Source: the human T2T-CHM13v2.0 reference genome, Homo sapiens
Length of the DNA stretch: 64,000 nt
Direction: 5' to 3' (one strand)
NCBI RefSeq assembly: GCF_009914755.1
Contig: NC_060926.1
The position numbers were made by a program, and so were the translations under genes. The notes beneath the pieces were generated by a model. It was not told the DNA's origin and ran no database searches. It saw only the letters and a program-made list of their open reading frames with translations. Each line of letters opens with the position of its first letter. The first letter of the stretch is position 1. Shown here piece by piece: positions 1-15,019 of this stretch.

Positions 1-2780
1 TCTATTTCCCTTGTGATTTCTTCTTTTACCCTTAGTTATTTAGAAGTGTATGTTTAATTTTCAAATACTTTGAGTTTCTCTAGATATCTGTTTGTTACTG
101 ATTTCTAATTTAACTATTGTGTTCATAGCACATACTTTGTATGACTTGAATTCTTTTACATCTATATGGACTGGTTTTATGGTTAAGAATATGATTTATT
201 TTGGCACATGTTTTGTGTGCAATTATAAAGATTGTTAGGTGGGATTTTTATTAAATGTCGATTTCAAGTTAATTGAAAATATTGGTCAAGTCTTTATACC
301 TTTACTGATTTTCTTTTTACTTGGTCTACATTTAAAATCTTTAACTATAATTGTGAAATTTTCCATTTCTCTTTTCAGTTTTAACACTTTTTTGCTTCAG
401 ATGTTTAGGATCTGTTATTATTTGCATATACATAGAAGACTATTATGTCTTCTTAATGAATGAAACTTATATCATTATATATTTACATTGTTTCACTCTG
501 GTAATATTCCTTGCACTGAAATCTGGTTCATTTGATATTACTATGACCACTGAAAGTTTCTTTGGATTGTATGGGCATGGAATTTATTTTTCTCTCATTT
601 TATTTCTAACCTGTCTATGTATTTATATTTAAAGTGGGTTTCTTTTGGACAACATACAATAGATTCTTGCTTTTTAATCCAATCTGACAAACTGTGTCTT
701 TAACTGGACTATTTATACCACTTATATTTAATGTGATTAATATTATTAATATGGTTAGGTTTTTATCTACCATCTGCTATTTGTTTCTTATGTTCTACAT
801 CTTTTCCCTCTTCCCCATTTTCTTGCCTTCTTTTGGTTAAGCTGATTTTTTTTATAATTTCATTTTTATCTCCAGTCTTGGATATATATTAGATTTTTCT
901 CTAGGGTTTACAATTACATTATGAACAATTTACAGTTGGACACTTAATCAAAATGTACCACTTTCCATAGAGTGTAAGAATTTTAAAGCAGTATACTTTC
1001 ATTTTTCCTCTTCTATCCTTTGGCTCTTGCTATTGTAAAACTTACCGCTAATACAGTATACATTCAACAAACTTTTGGTTTGGTTTTAAACAATTACTTC
1101 TTAAAGGTTTTTTTAATGAGAAAAATATTTAATGGTTATTTTACATATTAATAATTTTCAAATGTCTTCTTTCTTTGTGTATATCCACATTTCCATTTGG
1201 CGTCATTTAATTTCTGCCTGAAGAACTACCCTTAGTATTTCTTGTAGTGGGAAAAAATTAAAATTCTTTCTGGATGATGAATTTTCTCAGCATTTGTCTG
1301 TCTATGAAAGTCTTTATTTAGCTATCATTTTTGAAAGACAGATATTTTTTGCTTTGTATGGAACTCTTGGTTGCCAGTTTTTTCTTTCAGTGTTTTAAAG
1401 ATGTCACAGCATTGTCTTAAAGTCTGTCTGGTTTCTGATGAGAAGTTGCTTTCATTCTTTCCTTTGTTCCGCTGTACATGTAACACTCCACCCCCGATTC
1501 TGGCTTCTTTTAAGGTTTTATCTTTATCATTGTTTTTCACCAATTTGATTGTGATGTGTCTTGGTGTAATTTTCTTCATGTGTCCTGCTTAGATTTCAAT
1601 GAGATTTCCGGATCTGAAGTTTTATAGTTTTCATCAAGTTTTTAAAGTTTCAGACATTATTTCTTCAAATGCTTTTGTTTCCTTCATCTTTGACATTGTC
1701 CTGCAGCTCACCAATATTCCTTCCTGTTTGTTTTCCCATTGTTTTCACTCTTTCATTTTGGATAGTTTTTCTTGCTATGCCCTCAAAGTAAATTAATCTT
1801 TGGTTCTGCAGTGTCTAATATGCTAATTATTTTTAGAATATTTTTCATTTCATATCCTGTATTTTCACTCCTAAAATTCAAGTTGAGTCTTACTTATATC
1901 TTCCTTGTGTTCATGTTTTTCTCTGTCTTCTTAAAGTGTGGAGTTGATTTTGCTGTTCTAACATTCTTATTTGTTAAATTTATAATCTCTGCCATTTCTG
2001 GGATTGGTTGATTGATTTTTGCCCCCTCTGGCTGTGGGTTGTATTTTCCTGCCTGCTTACCTAACTGGTGATTTGCCATTGGATTCTGGTCACTGATGGT
2101 TGCTGGATTTTATCTCTTTAGATATTTTTGGGCTTTATTCTGAGATTCAGTTAAGTTAGTTGAAATGAATTAAATAGTTTTTAAGGCTTGTTTTTAAGTG
2201 TTAGGTAAATCCAAAGCAGATTTAGTCTAGGGTTAATTTGCTCCCATTACTGGGGAAATACCTTTTTGAGGATTCTGTTTGATGCTCCCAGTATTAGGAA
2301 GTCTTTCTTTCTTGTTGGTTTGAGCATGGACTACGCCTAATGAGAAGTGAGCTGTGAGCATTGTTGCACCTGTTCCTTTCTAATGGTTCTTTCTTTGGTG
2401 TTAGGTAACTTCCTTGCATGCTTGTATAGATCTGCACTCATGCAAAGACATAGAGGGGAACCCTACTGCAGATCTCTGGTGCTGTCTGTGTGTATCTCCT
2501 GACCTCCTAAAACTTTGAATTCTGTCTTCTCAAGTCAGGAAGGCTGCTGGACTCTGTTTTGTTTTCTCCCTTGCACTGTAGTCTGGAAATTCTCTTCAGG
2601 CAGTGAGCTGGGGCAATCATAAGGCTTACCTTATTTGTTTCCCTTCTCTTTGGGATTACTGTCCAGCACTGCCTGTTTTTTGATGTCTAAAAACCATTGT
2701 TTCATATTTTATCTGCTTTTCAAGTTATTTAAGATGTTAGGATAAATCCCATTCCTATTTGTCTATCACGGTTGAAAGTG
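1..2780 (-). mobile_element. Ancient L1 (L1M-type) 5' portion: 5' region, ORF1 remnant and start of ORF2
   Basis: Minus-strand ORF 1325-1579 (TPRHITIKLVKNNDKDKTLKEAR...DIFKTLKEK) resembles the L1 ORF1p C-terminal region; ORF 1894-2079 resembles L1M ORF1 N-terminus; T-rich plus strand. Subfamily and edges uncertain. Confidence 0.75.
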
Positions 2781-3220
2781 AAATTCTCCCTACAATTTTT
2801 TTTTTTTTTTCAGTTTTCCTTGTTCTTTATCTGGCTTCTTGAGTTGAAAACTTAACTCATTTAATATAAATGTATGCATTTTTTTAAAAAAGTGTAATTA
2901 AAAGCATGTTAAATGTTACGAAGGCTAGGAATTAAGCACTGCATTCACTGTTCCACAATTCTACATGTGTTGGTATGTTGCACTTTCAATTCAGTTTGAA
3001 ATCGTTTAAAGTTTCCATTGTGACTTCGTTTCATGAGTTACGTTCCATGAGTTACTTAGGGATGTAGTTTTAGTTTCAAAATACTTTAAAAAATCCCTTT
3101 TATTATTTCTAATTTGGTAAGTTCAGATAATGTGCTGTGTGAAACTATTTTTTTTCAAATTGTTGAAACTTTCATGAGCAAGTATTTCATTGCTTTTTAT
3201 ATTGTCCCATATATATTTGA

Positions 3221-3653
<433 letters not shown>

Positions 3654-3784
3654 TTTTGGATGTATCAATTTCTGATAAAGGTATGTTAAATTTTTTTTAC
3701 CATGATCTGATTTGTCAATTTCTTTATGTAGTTTTCAGATTTTGCTTTCTGCTTAGAAGTTTTATTATTATGTTTTTGTGCTAT

Positions 3785-4225
3785 ATTAAGTTTCTGGTGC
3801 AATATGAGATAATAAACAACTCCAGAATCTCAGTGGCTTCCAAAAAGCATTTATTTCTTGCTGAAAGCTCTGTAGGTCAGCTGGGGTGGCTGTGCTTCAG
3901 GCTGCTGGGTAGGGTTAGGTTTATTCCATATTCTGTTAACTCCAGGACCAGTGACTGCTCAGGGCCTTTTCTTCTTAAGAGGGGAATTTATTAGAGAGGA
4001 AGCCACACCACAAAAGCATGTTTAAAGCTTCTGGTATATGTTACTTCTGTTTACACTCCATTGGCTGAGATAAATCACATGGTTAAGCTCAACATCATTA
4101 GGGCTGGCAAATTAACCCTGTCCCAAGGGTGGCACTGCAAAGTTATATGGTAAAGGGGATGAATATATAATTCTCTTACATGGGGAGAGTAAAGAATTGG
4201 AAGCAATAATCTAATAAGCCACCAA
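3785..4225. mobile_element. MaLR LTR remnant (MLT1-like)
   Basis: aatctcagtggct...catttatttcttgct and cattggctgagataaatcacatgg motifs typical of old MLT1 LTRs. Confidence 0.55.
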
Positions 4226-4261
4226 AATTATATATTAATAATTTTGATATCTTCTTGGTGT

Positions 4262-4540
4262 ATTAATTTATTCAACAAATATTTTCAGGATAACTACCAC
4301 GTATAAGGCACTGCCCCAGGTAGATAGGAAATACTAGTGAACAAAAAAGCCAAAGATCCTCCCCTAGGGGAGCTTATATTTTTCCAGGCAAAACACATAC
4401 TAAAAAAATAAACACAATAAGTAAATTATAATATTATAGGTGCTATGGAACAAAGAAAATGCAAAACAGATGAAGGGTGCTTGGGAACTGCAGGAGCAGA
4501 AGACAGGTTGTGGTTTTAATATGGTGGTCAGAGAAAGGAC
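4262..4540 (-). mobile_element. L2 3' end fragment
   Basis: ttattcaacaaatatt...aggcactg...agtgaacaaaa matches the reverse complement of the L2 3' terminus. Confidence 0.7.
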
Positions 4541-4625
4541 TGTTCCATTATCAACTGTTTTTTTTTTTTTTTCCGGCTGATATTAACATGGCTAAACCCA
4601 CTTTACCTCCATTAGAATTTGCATG

Positions 4626-5087
4626 GTGTAGAAGATTAACTTTAAAAACATCTCTAATTCTTTATTCTTCCCTGTATCTACACATTTTGCAAATCACCTG
4701 CAGATTTTTACCATTAAGTATAGGAGTTTGTTTCCCTGTTCCTTGAATCTGGGCTGGTCTTGTGATAGAATAGAATTTTCTGGAATGATGATGTGCCAGT
4801 TCTGAGCCTGTCCCTCAAAAGGACTGTGTACTTACTCCTGCTGTCTCTTGGAACCTGGCTACTGCCATATGTACAAGCCCACGCTAGCCTGCTGTATGAT
4901 GAGAGAAATGTGAGGAAGAGCTGAACCAGCTAGCCACACCCCCAAATACATGAGAGAGCAAAGCTAATCCATTGATAACCCATCAGATGACCCCATCTAA
5001 CCTATAGATTTGGGAATCACATAAATGCTTACTTTTTATGTGGTTGTTTGTTATACAGGATTATTGTGGTAATAGATAATGGATACA
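4626..5087 (+). mobile_element. MaLR LTR (MLT1F/G-like)
   Basis: ccttgaatctgggctgg, tgccagttctgagcct and terminal gtttgttatacag...aatagataatggataca motifs. Confidence 0.65.
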
Positions 5088-5942
5088 TATGGTATATACT
5101 TTTTATCCCTTCATTTTCAATCTTTGCATATGGTGCTTTCTCAGTGTATATTTTGCAAGTCACATATAGCTGAATTTTAATTTTTTTTTGCCTACAGGGT
5201 TTGTAACTTTACATTTTAAATAAACTTAATTATACTTGTCTTTTTTTATAATGCCCAGAGTTAATAATACATAGCTTCATCACATCAAATAAGATAATTC
5301 TTGTAAGAGACTTTAACTTCATGCTTATCTGTGCTCCTGTTCCTCTAAAGTATGTTGACATCACCAAGAGTTTTAGTTCTAGATAATGATTCAATTTGTT
5401 TAAATAGTGTTCCAGTTTTCTGAGGAATACACAATTATATGTTATTTCACAGATGTGTCACCAGCAATTATTTAAAATTATGCCAATTGCTTAATTCTAA
5501 AAGACTCTTTTCCTTCACATTTTAACACTTCTGATATCAGGAGGCATCTCAAAATTAGTGGGTACACTATATAGTTAACCCCATGCTAAATTTATATAGT
5601 ATTTCTCCTTGATTTATATCATTTTCACATTCCTCTATGTCCTTTGTCTCTGCCTGGTCAAGTCCTCATCCTTAAAGGCTTAATTCATTGTTTCCTCCTC
5701 CAGAAAGCTATCCCTAACCTTCTGGTTCCCATCTATGTGCCTTTAATATCAATCATGTTTTGTTACAAAATCTGTTTGAGCGTCTGCATTCCTCACCAGG
5801 GAGAACTTCTTAAGGGAGGTTCCAACTATTGTCCACTTTATATTCCCCTTGGATCTTACGTATTTCTAGAGGCATACATGATTAATATATGTGTGTTAAA
5901 AGTATAAATTAAACAACGAATTGAAAGGTAGCTTACAAGAAC

Positions 5943-6380
5943 TGTGAGGGGTCTGAGATTTTACTCTGCTGCAAGCTAACAAGTCAGCTTGCCACAATGT
6001 CAGGGATGCTGACAGAAGATAGAAGACCTCCTGAGTTAGAGTCAAAAACGATTACTCACAGCAAAAGCAGTAGCCGGAGTGCAAACTTGGTTGCATTGGT
6101 TTCTGGAGCACCAGTTCTGCAGGGCAGCTTAGGTGGTCCTAGACCTATGCTTGCACAAACATGGGTTGTGTCATGGGAGACGAATGTGCAACCTAGAAAA
6201 TGTACCACTGACAGCAGCTGTGGTCTGAAAGGAGAGCTTACAGCATCTCTCAACATTGCTCACTGGAAATAGCCATGAGAAACGTTCTAGATAAAGAGTG
6301 GTCAGGGCCTTCCATCCTTGGCATAACCCACCAAGACATCTAGGCATTTAAGAGGCCCATGGAGTAGTGTTTCTCAATAG
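5943..6380 (-). mobile_element. ERVL-class solo LTR (MER74/LTR53-like)
   Basis: Starts tgtgaggggtctgagattttactctgctgcaagctaacaagt, recalled as an ERVL LTR terminus; subfamily uncertain. Confidence 0.5.
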
Positions 6381-6524
6381 TAAAGAAAGCAGTTAGATGC
6401 AGATGGTGTTTTTTACTGTTATGATAACAAAACAATAAAAAACAGACATAAGAACATTTGTTACTTCCTCAGGCCACTGAGCATGGGGTTAACAGTTCCT
6501 TCCTTGGCCTCCATTGTACCATAA

Positions 6525-6849
<325 letters not shown>

Positions 6850-7967
6850 ATTTAAGAAGACAGGATGTGTATAAAATATAATCAGTTTCACAGAAATTCT
6901 AGCTGAAATGCTTAAAATAAAAGTTTGGTTTTTAAAGAAGTAAGGTTCAGAAATATAGAATGTTAAGGTATATAGACCTAGTCAATCTTTGATAATGGTA
7001 GATAAAAATATTCAAAATTCTTCTTGTGAGATTTAAGGTAATGATACGTGGCCAAAGTTGATGTGTATTCATATTACTAAAAACTTTTTTTTTCACACTG
7101 TTGTCAGATGCTTATGTATATCTTTTTGGCTACTCATTGTTATATTTCAAATACATAAAATGTAGATTTTATTCAATTTACATTGATACTTTTAGAAGAC
7201 TTTGAGAATAGGATGTAAGGGACTTGCTTTTCTGTTTCATCATTAATAATGTGACCCATGACTGGATGACATTAATAAATGATGTTCCATACTAAAGGCA
7301 ATTCTTGATAAGAGACATTATATTGCTCTAGTACACATGAACCATGAACCAATAATTTCCAATTTCCAAAAGAATTCTTCTCCACAAAGACCACAATGAA
7401 TTTCAAGTGAGATTTAGGATCTGATTTAAATGAACTTAGAAAAACATTTACTTGTATTTTGTCTTATTTCTCGTTTCCCAACTACTCTCTAAATCATAGA
7501 ATTCATAGGAAATATTAACTGCTTTTTAATTTCTCCTTGGGAAATTCACCAATTTTATACGTTCTGAACTAGGAATTTAACTAGCTCCTATACATTTACA
7601 GAAAGAAATTGACTGCCACATATTTGTGACTATTGTTAGAAAAAGGTGAACACTTTATCCTCGCTACTGAGTTGGGAATATATCTAGATGACATTTATGA
7701 TTGTTTCCTAAATCAAACAAGATATTTGGGGAAGCTCTACTTGCAAAACATATTAAATGGCAAAGAAGCTTTGGTTAGAAGTGAGGAGGAGGGCTATAAG
7801 GAAGAAACAGATAGGAGTAGAAAATAAAAGGGCCAGAATAAATAAAAGAAGTCTATTTTGTAGGCTTGGGGAAGGGAGTGCTGAAGCTAAGGGTGGAGCA
7901 ATGGCATGCAGAAGAAACTGGGGACTTCCAGGGACAAAGGGGAGGCTGGAGGAGAGGAGTGAGGAGG

Positions 7968-8276
7968 GGCCGGCGAGGTGGCTCCCGCCTGTAATCCCAA
8001 CACTTTGGGAGGCTGAGGCAGGAGGATCACCTGAAATCAGGAGTTTGAGACCAGCCTGACCAATATGGTGAAACCTTGTCTCTACTAAAAATACAAAAAT
8101 TAGCCAGGTGTGGTGGCAGGCACCTGTAATACCAGCTATTGAGAAGGCTGAAACACGAGAGTCTCTTGGACCCGGGAGGCGGAGGTTGTAGTCAGCCTAG
8201 ATCGCTACACTGCAGTCCAGCCTGGGCAACAAAGAGCAAAACTCTGTCTCAAAAAAAAAAAAAAAAAAAAAAAAAG
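7968..8276 (+). mobile_element. AluS (Sx/Sz-like)
   Basis: Alu dimer with central A-rich linker and poly(A) tail at ~8251-8276. Confidence 0.93.
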
Positions 8277-8491
8277 CAATCAGGACAGGTTTTCTCTAAG
8301 AGATATGGCAAGCACATCATAGGACAAGAAGGTAGACAGGAGCTTAGGGGAAGGGGCAGAGCTGGGGGTTTCAGGAAATATTAAGAAAAGGAGCTTGAAG
8401 GCAATGAGGGTGGAGCTGGCTGGCTGCTCGACCACCTGGAGGGCTGTGCTGGGGAACCAGAAAGAGCTGTGTGGGAAGGAAAGGGATTGGA

Positions 8492-8808
<317 letters not shown>

Positions 8809-8948
8809 TTATCAAAATGTGCAAAACCTTTATAATAAAATCTCCAAAATATTGCTGAGAAATCTAACAAATAAATAAATGACTATTTGGATTTGTTGTT
8901 GTCTTCAGATGGAGATGACATTCTTTTACAGCTTTCTTTATTAAAACA

Positions 8949-8979
<31 letters not shown>

Positions 8980-8980
8980 A
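8949..8980 (+). repeat. (TAAA)n microsatellite
   Basis: About 8 direct TAAA units. Confidence 0.9.
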
Positions 8981-9692
8981 GGGAGTGGGATGAAACCTGG
9001 GCCTTGGAGAGGGAATAGGATAAGGAAGTCCTAGAGGAGGTTGGGGAAGAGAAGAGCCTGGGTGTGTATGGGAAGCCATAGCCTTCTGCCTGTCTAGGAG
9101 GAAGGCCACAAGGCCAGGACACTGTTTCTGGGAGCAGATAAGAGATACAGTGAAAAGGAAGCATGCTTCCTTTTCATGTCCCACTTACAATGGTCTTGTG
9201 GACCAGATCTGGTGATATGTATACCACATTTTCAGAAAAATTTCAATAATATCATTTTTATCAGCCTCAGAGCTATCTATTATATGACCAGAATGTGTTC
9301 TTGTTGGACATTTATATTGTTTCTAGTTGATGTTTGTATGAGCATGCTGTACTGAATGTCCCTGTAGCTAAGTCTTTGCTCACGATGGCAATAATTCCAT
9401 AAAGAGAAATTGCTGGGAATGGGAGAGTGAGTGTGGGGAAGGGGAATGCCAGAGCAAAGGACATAAACAATTTTAAGGTTTCAGATAAGTAATTTTCAAA
9501 TTGCTCCAATTAACATTCTAACACAAGCATATGATGATCTCTGTTTCCCCATGTCCCATTATCACCAAGTATTATTTTAAAAAAAGGTGAGATTTAATTA
9601 CATCTTAAATAGAAAAGACATCTTTCTTTAAAAAGTGACAGGATGACTGCAGATGTACAGGCATCAAGAGAGATTATCAGTAGGCAAGTTCA

Positions 9693-9711
9693 TGCTGCCT
9701 CCCGGTGGCCA
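9693..9711 (-). promoter_or_regulatory. Candidate CTCF binding site
   Basis: Minus strand reads TGGCCACCGGGAGGCAGCA, a close match to the CTCF core (CCASYAGRKGGCRS) in otherwise AT-rich, apparently unique sequence. Confidence 0.65.
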
Positions 9712-11167
9712 CATAAAAAACTGACAAGATAGAAAACCAAGTCCAACCAGATAGGGACTATCTAAGCAAGTCATCAATGTTAATTTATTTAGAGCTAAAG
9801 TTTTAGAAAGTGAGTGGAAGAAACACAGAATAAATGGACTTGATCTTAGCATATTAGAGGATATGGGAGCAAGAAGAAAAACATTCTTACCACTGACTAG
9901 AACATGTGACATGATAGTGCGTGATGCACTCAGAGATGATTTATTAAACTGAGTGATAACAAAAAAAATTAACTTTTCGATGTCAGGCTCTGAGGAAAGA
10001 TCACTTGCAACTTCCTTGAAGGGGCTATGGGACTATCTATATCTTGAGTATTTCACATCTGTTTCTTCTACAAGACAGTGAAGACAACAAGGTGCAGTCT
10101 TCTAAGGTAACTATTGCCCTGAAAAGAATACTCCTAAGAGTAATTATGTATTCTGTGTCTTAGACTATGTTTAGGGAAGAAAGTTTATTTTAACATTGAA
10201 ATTGTTTCTGTGTGCAAAACACTATGCTCTCTAGGGACAAAGCAGGAAAGGAAAAGGGAAAAAGTTGCGAAGACAAATGACGGTTTTTATACTAAAAGGA
10301 GTTATCTTCTGCTGTTTTCCAGAGTTCCATCCTCTTCTCTGTTTATCTGTTTCTGCATGATCTCATCTACTCCCAGGACTGCAAATAGCACTTGCACAGT
10401 AATCCACTTGCTTACTGAATCTTCGACTTAGATTCACTGTGGATAAACAATATGCTTAGTATTATTTCCATGAGACTTGATGTTGGAGAAACACACATCA
10501 AATAATCATATCAATAGGCATGTATTTATAGATTATGATAAGTAAGGGAAAAAGTTCAGGTTACCATGAGAATGTATAACTTAGTGGTTCTTAAATATTT
10601 TTCTCTCATACCCCTAATGCTCTCATACCTGTAATGATTGATAGTTAATTTACTGATAATTGGGTACTTGCCTAGATTCTTCAATCTTTTTTTAAAAAAT
10701 AAAGTACTAAAATTAGAGACTACCTGACTTGAAAAATGATTTTCTACCTAGCCATTAGAATGGTCTACAATCTTAATTCCTGGGAAGCTTAACAAAAGGA
10801 CTTAAAAAAATTATATGTGTTATTATTTCACCTAGATATGCCTTATTTAACACATATGCTCAGAAAACATACTGTTAATTTTAAGATACTTTTTCAAAAC
10901 TTTTTTCAATGAGGTATAACATATATATATATATAAAGTGCACTCATCTTCAGTGTACAGGTCAATGAAGTGTTTTTGTTTGTTGTTGTTGTTGTTGTTG
11001 TTTTTGTGTGTGTGTCTCACAGAAATTTGAATAATATGGAAAAAGACACAATGGCCCTACAAAGGCAGGCTTCACAATGCTACTATTTTAAACAGCTGCT
11101 TATTTGTTCAGTGTTTCAGGGGAATTTACACTTCAGGGTAACAGACAGTAATAAATATAGGCGATGA

Positions 11168-11510
<343 letters not shown>

Positions 11511-11884
11511 TGAAAGGGAAGGAGAAAAGGGGAACCAACTAGCTGATTCTGACTCGCAGGTGGTTTGGTTCTTAGGCAGCTCAGCCTCAGAAAAAAACAC
11601 ATTTAAAAGATGAGGGTCTGAAAATTGATTCCTTTGGGACTGTTATGCCTGTATACCCCCTTGGGAAGCTTTTGGGCATTTCTAAGTATATAGTACAGTA
11701 TTCCAGTCATGACTACTCACCCAGACTTAGAAGTCTTCTCAGAGGAAGCAGCCTGTAAGCTGAGAACTGAAGGATGAGTATAAGTTAACTGATGTATAGG
11801 TAATGTAAGACCTATATGTTCATGGAGACTTCTTCCAGCAGATTTCAAGTTAAAAAGCATGTAAGTTAGAAAGCAGTATGTGTA

Positions 11885-12795
11885 GCTTGTCTTTTCACTT
11901 TGTTAATGGTTTCCTTTTTGGTGAAGAAGCTTTTTAGCTTTTAGCTTGATGTAATCCAATTTGTAATCCAATTTGCCTATTTTGCTGTGTTTTTGAGGTC
12001 TTACCCAAAAAATCTTTGCCCAGATCAGTGTCCTGTAGCATTTCCTCAACATTTTATTCTAGTAGTTCCATAGTTTCCAGTCTTAAATTTAAGTCTTTAA
12101 TCCATTTTGAGTTGATTTTTGTGTATGGTGAAAGATGGGGATCTAGTTTCATTCTTTTGCATATGGAGATCTAGTTCTCCCAGCACCATTTATTAAAGAG
12201 AGTGTCCTTTCCCAGTGTATGTTCTTGGTGACTTTGTCAAAAATGGGATAGCTCTAAGTGTGGAATTTATCTAGGAGGAAATATCTGCAAATCATCCCTC
12301 CCACAAGGGATTAACAACCAGAATCTATCAGGAACTAAATAACGAAATGCCAAAAAAAAAAACCCCAAATAATCCAATTAAAGGATGGGCAAAAGACCTG
12401 CATAGACATTTTTCAAAAGAAGACATACAAATGGTCAACAGGTATATGAAAAAAAATGTTCAACATCACTAATCATCAGGGAAATGCAATCAAAACAGCC
12501 ATGAGATATCATCTCACCCCAACTAGAATGACTATTATCCAAAAGACAAAAAATAACAAATCCTGTTGAGGATGCAAAGAAAGGGAACATCAGTACACTC
12601 TTGGTGGGAATATAAATTAGAACAGCCACCATGGTAAACAGTATGAAAGTGTCTCAAAAAAACAAAAATAGATCTGATGGATATCTCAATTAACCTGAGA
12701 GAATTGTTACACATTGCATACATATATCAAAATATCGTATGTATTCCAAAAATATGTACAACAATGATATATCAATAAAAAATACAAAAAAGAGA
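11885..12795 (+). mobile_element. 5'-inverted (twin-primed) L1MA-like element
   Basis: 11885-12270 is antisense L1 ORF2 3' sequence; 12271-12795 is sense and resumes at the adjacent L1 position (ggaggaaatatctgcaaa), ending in an A-rich tail. Confidence 0.75.
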
Positions 12796-12829
12796 AAGGT
12801 GTGTGTGTGTGTGTGTTAAAGTGTCCCAA

Positions 12830-14430
12830 GGTCCCTTGTATTGTTTAAAAAGAGGGTAAAAAGTTAACTTTAGAATTTGCTCCATTAAGTAAGTGTTAAA
12901 AATTGTTGAGTGGCCACCAACAATTAGATAGTACCAGAAAAGATAGTACCCGAAGATAGTAGATAGTACCAGTACATAGTACCAGAAAGAATTACCCAAG
13001 TGGTAAAGCAGAAAATGGCAGGTGGGGGTAGGGAGTAGGAAGGAGAAATGTATGTAAAGAATAAAATTAAATCAGTTCAAGAGAAAGCATTCCTGGAGAA
13101 ACCTAGAAAAAGTAGGAAGACAATGCATAAAATAAAATGGTAGAAATCACAAAATATCAGAAATCATAATCAATGTCAATGGACCAAAGGTAAATGCAAG
13201 CTTCTAAGACTGACTAAACAAAGAGTAAACAAACAACATTGAGCTACATGTTCTTTATAAAGAGCCACACTAAATCATAAGGACAAGAAAGAAGGTTAGT
13301 AAATAAAAGGATATAAAAAGATACACCATGGCAAATACCAACTCAATGAATGTATTTAGCCATGTTAAATAAATGTCAGGTAAAATACCTTAAGGCAAAA
13401 AATCTCTTGACATGGAGAAAGTTATTACAAATTGATAAAACGGTCAATTCATCAGAAATAAATTTTAAATCTTTATGTACTTTAAAAAATATATTCAAAG
13501 TATAGAAAAGACAAATAGGCAGACTTACAATAAGCTGATAAAAATCACTTTCTGTAACTGATAAAGCTGACAAGCACATCAGTAACGATATAGAACACTT
13601 GAACACAATTAACAAACTTGATCTAATGGACATAAATTTTATTATTTTTTTAATTTTATTTTTTTCTCTTTTTTTTTGGACATAAATTTTAAAAATGACT
13701 AGGTACTAGGGAAGAAGCAAGTATCAAGAAATTTTAAGTAACTGGTATCATTACAGACCACATTTTCTGGCTACAATGCAATTAATGCAAGTAAGCTACA
13801 AATGAGCATCAAAAAGCTAATAACACATTTCCACATATTTGGAAATTAAGAAAAATTATCTTTTACCCAGATGGCAAAAGAAATCTCAATAGGAATTAGG
13901 ACAATTTTAAACTGAAAGATAAAGAAATTATACCATTAAAAACTTAAGGGATACAACTAAAGTAGTACTTGAAGGGAAATTCATAGCTTAAATATATTTT
14001 TCAGAAAATGAGAAAGGTTAAAAATAGAGACAGTAAACATTAAGCTGAAGAAAATGAAGTAATAAAGTCAGAAAAACTAGAAGGAAAGAATACAGATAAA
14101 GAAAAAATAAAATGGAGAATAATTACAAGAAAAAACAATACAGATGATAAGACTTGTCAAGAGAAAAAGATATGAATAATTAACATACACAATAAAGGAG
14201 GAAATAGTCAAAAGAAAAAGAAAACTGGACTCCATCTGTGAGCATGAAACAACTGATGTGCAAGGCAAGATTTTGCCTCACCTAAAATACCTACCCAGAT
14301 GACTTAATATAGTTGAGTTTCTAATTTTTCAAAGGACAGTTACTTTCTGTCCTTGTTATATAATGTCATTTAATTGCTGCAGAACACAAAAAAATAGAGT
14401 TGTGTGGCTCATTTTATGAGACTAGTAATT
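12830..14430 (+). mobile_element. Ancient L1 (L1M) ORF2 endonuclease-region remnant
   Basis: A-rich plus strand; gtcaatggaccaaa, aaaaagatacaccatg and aacaaacttgatctaatggacata motifs. Confidence 0.65.
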
Positions 14431-14444
14431 TTTCAAATAAAGTG

Positions 14445-14685
14445 TTTCTTTTAAAATAATTACAAATTTACAGAACAGTTGCAAGAAGAGTAGAATGAAC
14501 ATGTCCCCTCCCCATTTGAAAGTAAACTGCTGGCATTATGCCCAATAACCCCCGCTACTTTGTCTATTTCCCATAAACAAGGACTTTTCCCTACATAACC
14601 CTAACATACCCACTGAGATCAGGAAATTAACATTGTATACATTAATACCATCTAATTCACGGACCCAGTTCAAGATTCTCCAAAA
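14445..14685 (-). mobile_element. L1MC/MD-like 3' UTR fragment
   Basis: aaatttacagaacagttgcaag...atcaggaaattaacattg motif. Confidence 0.6.
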
Positions 14686-15019
14686 TAGAGAAATAGAATT
14701 AAATGCAATAACTTAAATATCTGATTAACTGGTGCTCAATAAATAGACATTTCTTTCACTAATTCACTGGGGACTCCTGAGTTTCTATCCTGGTAGTTGC
14801 AAGATAGATCTGTCTGCATGAACTCCAACCCTTGCACAGCCAGGAAGTGGGGTGATACCACCCCAATGTGTCACACCCATATGACAAGCTACATCCTCTC
14901 CACCACATTACCCCGTCCAGAGTCTCTCCATGGCCTGTCCCTGAGAGACAAGGCTGTGAGGCTGCCCACCTGGAGCCTAATGCCAGCTTCAAGAACTCCC
15001 AGTGGGCACCACCCTTACC

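Noticed and set aside
12927-12988. Short atagtacc-based tandem repeat
   Set aside because: Local slippage inside an old L1 remnant; no further structure.
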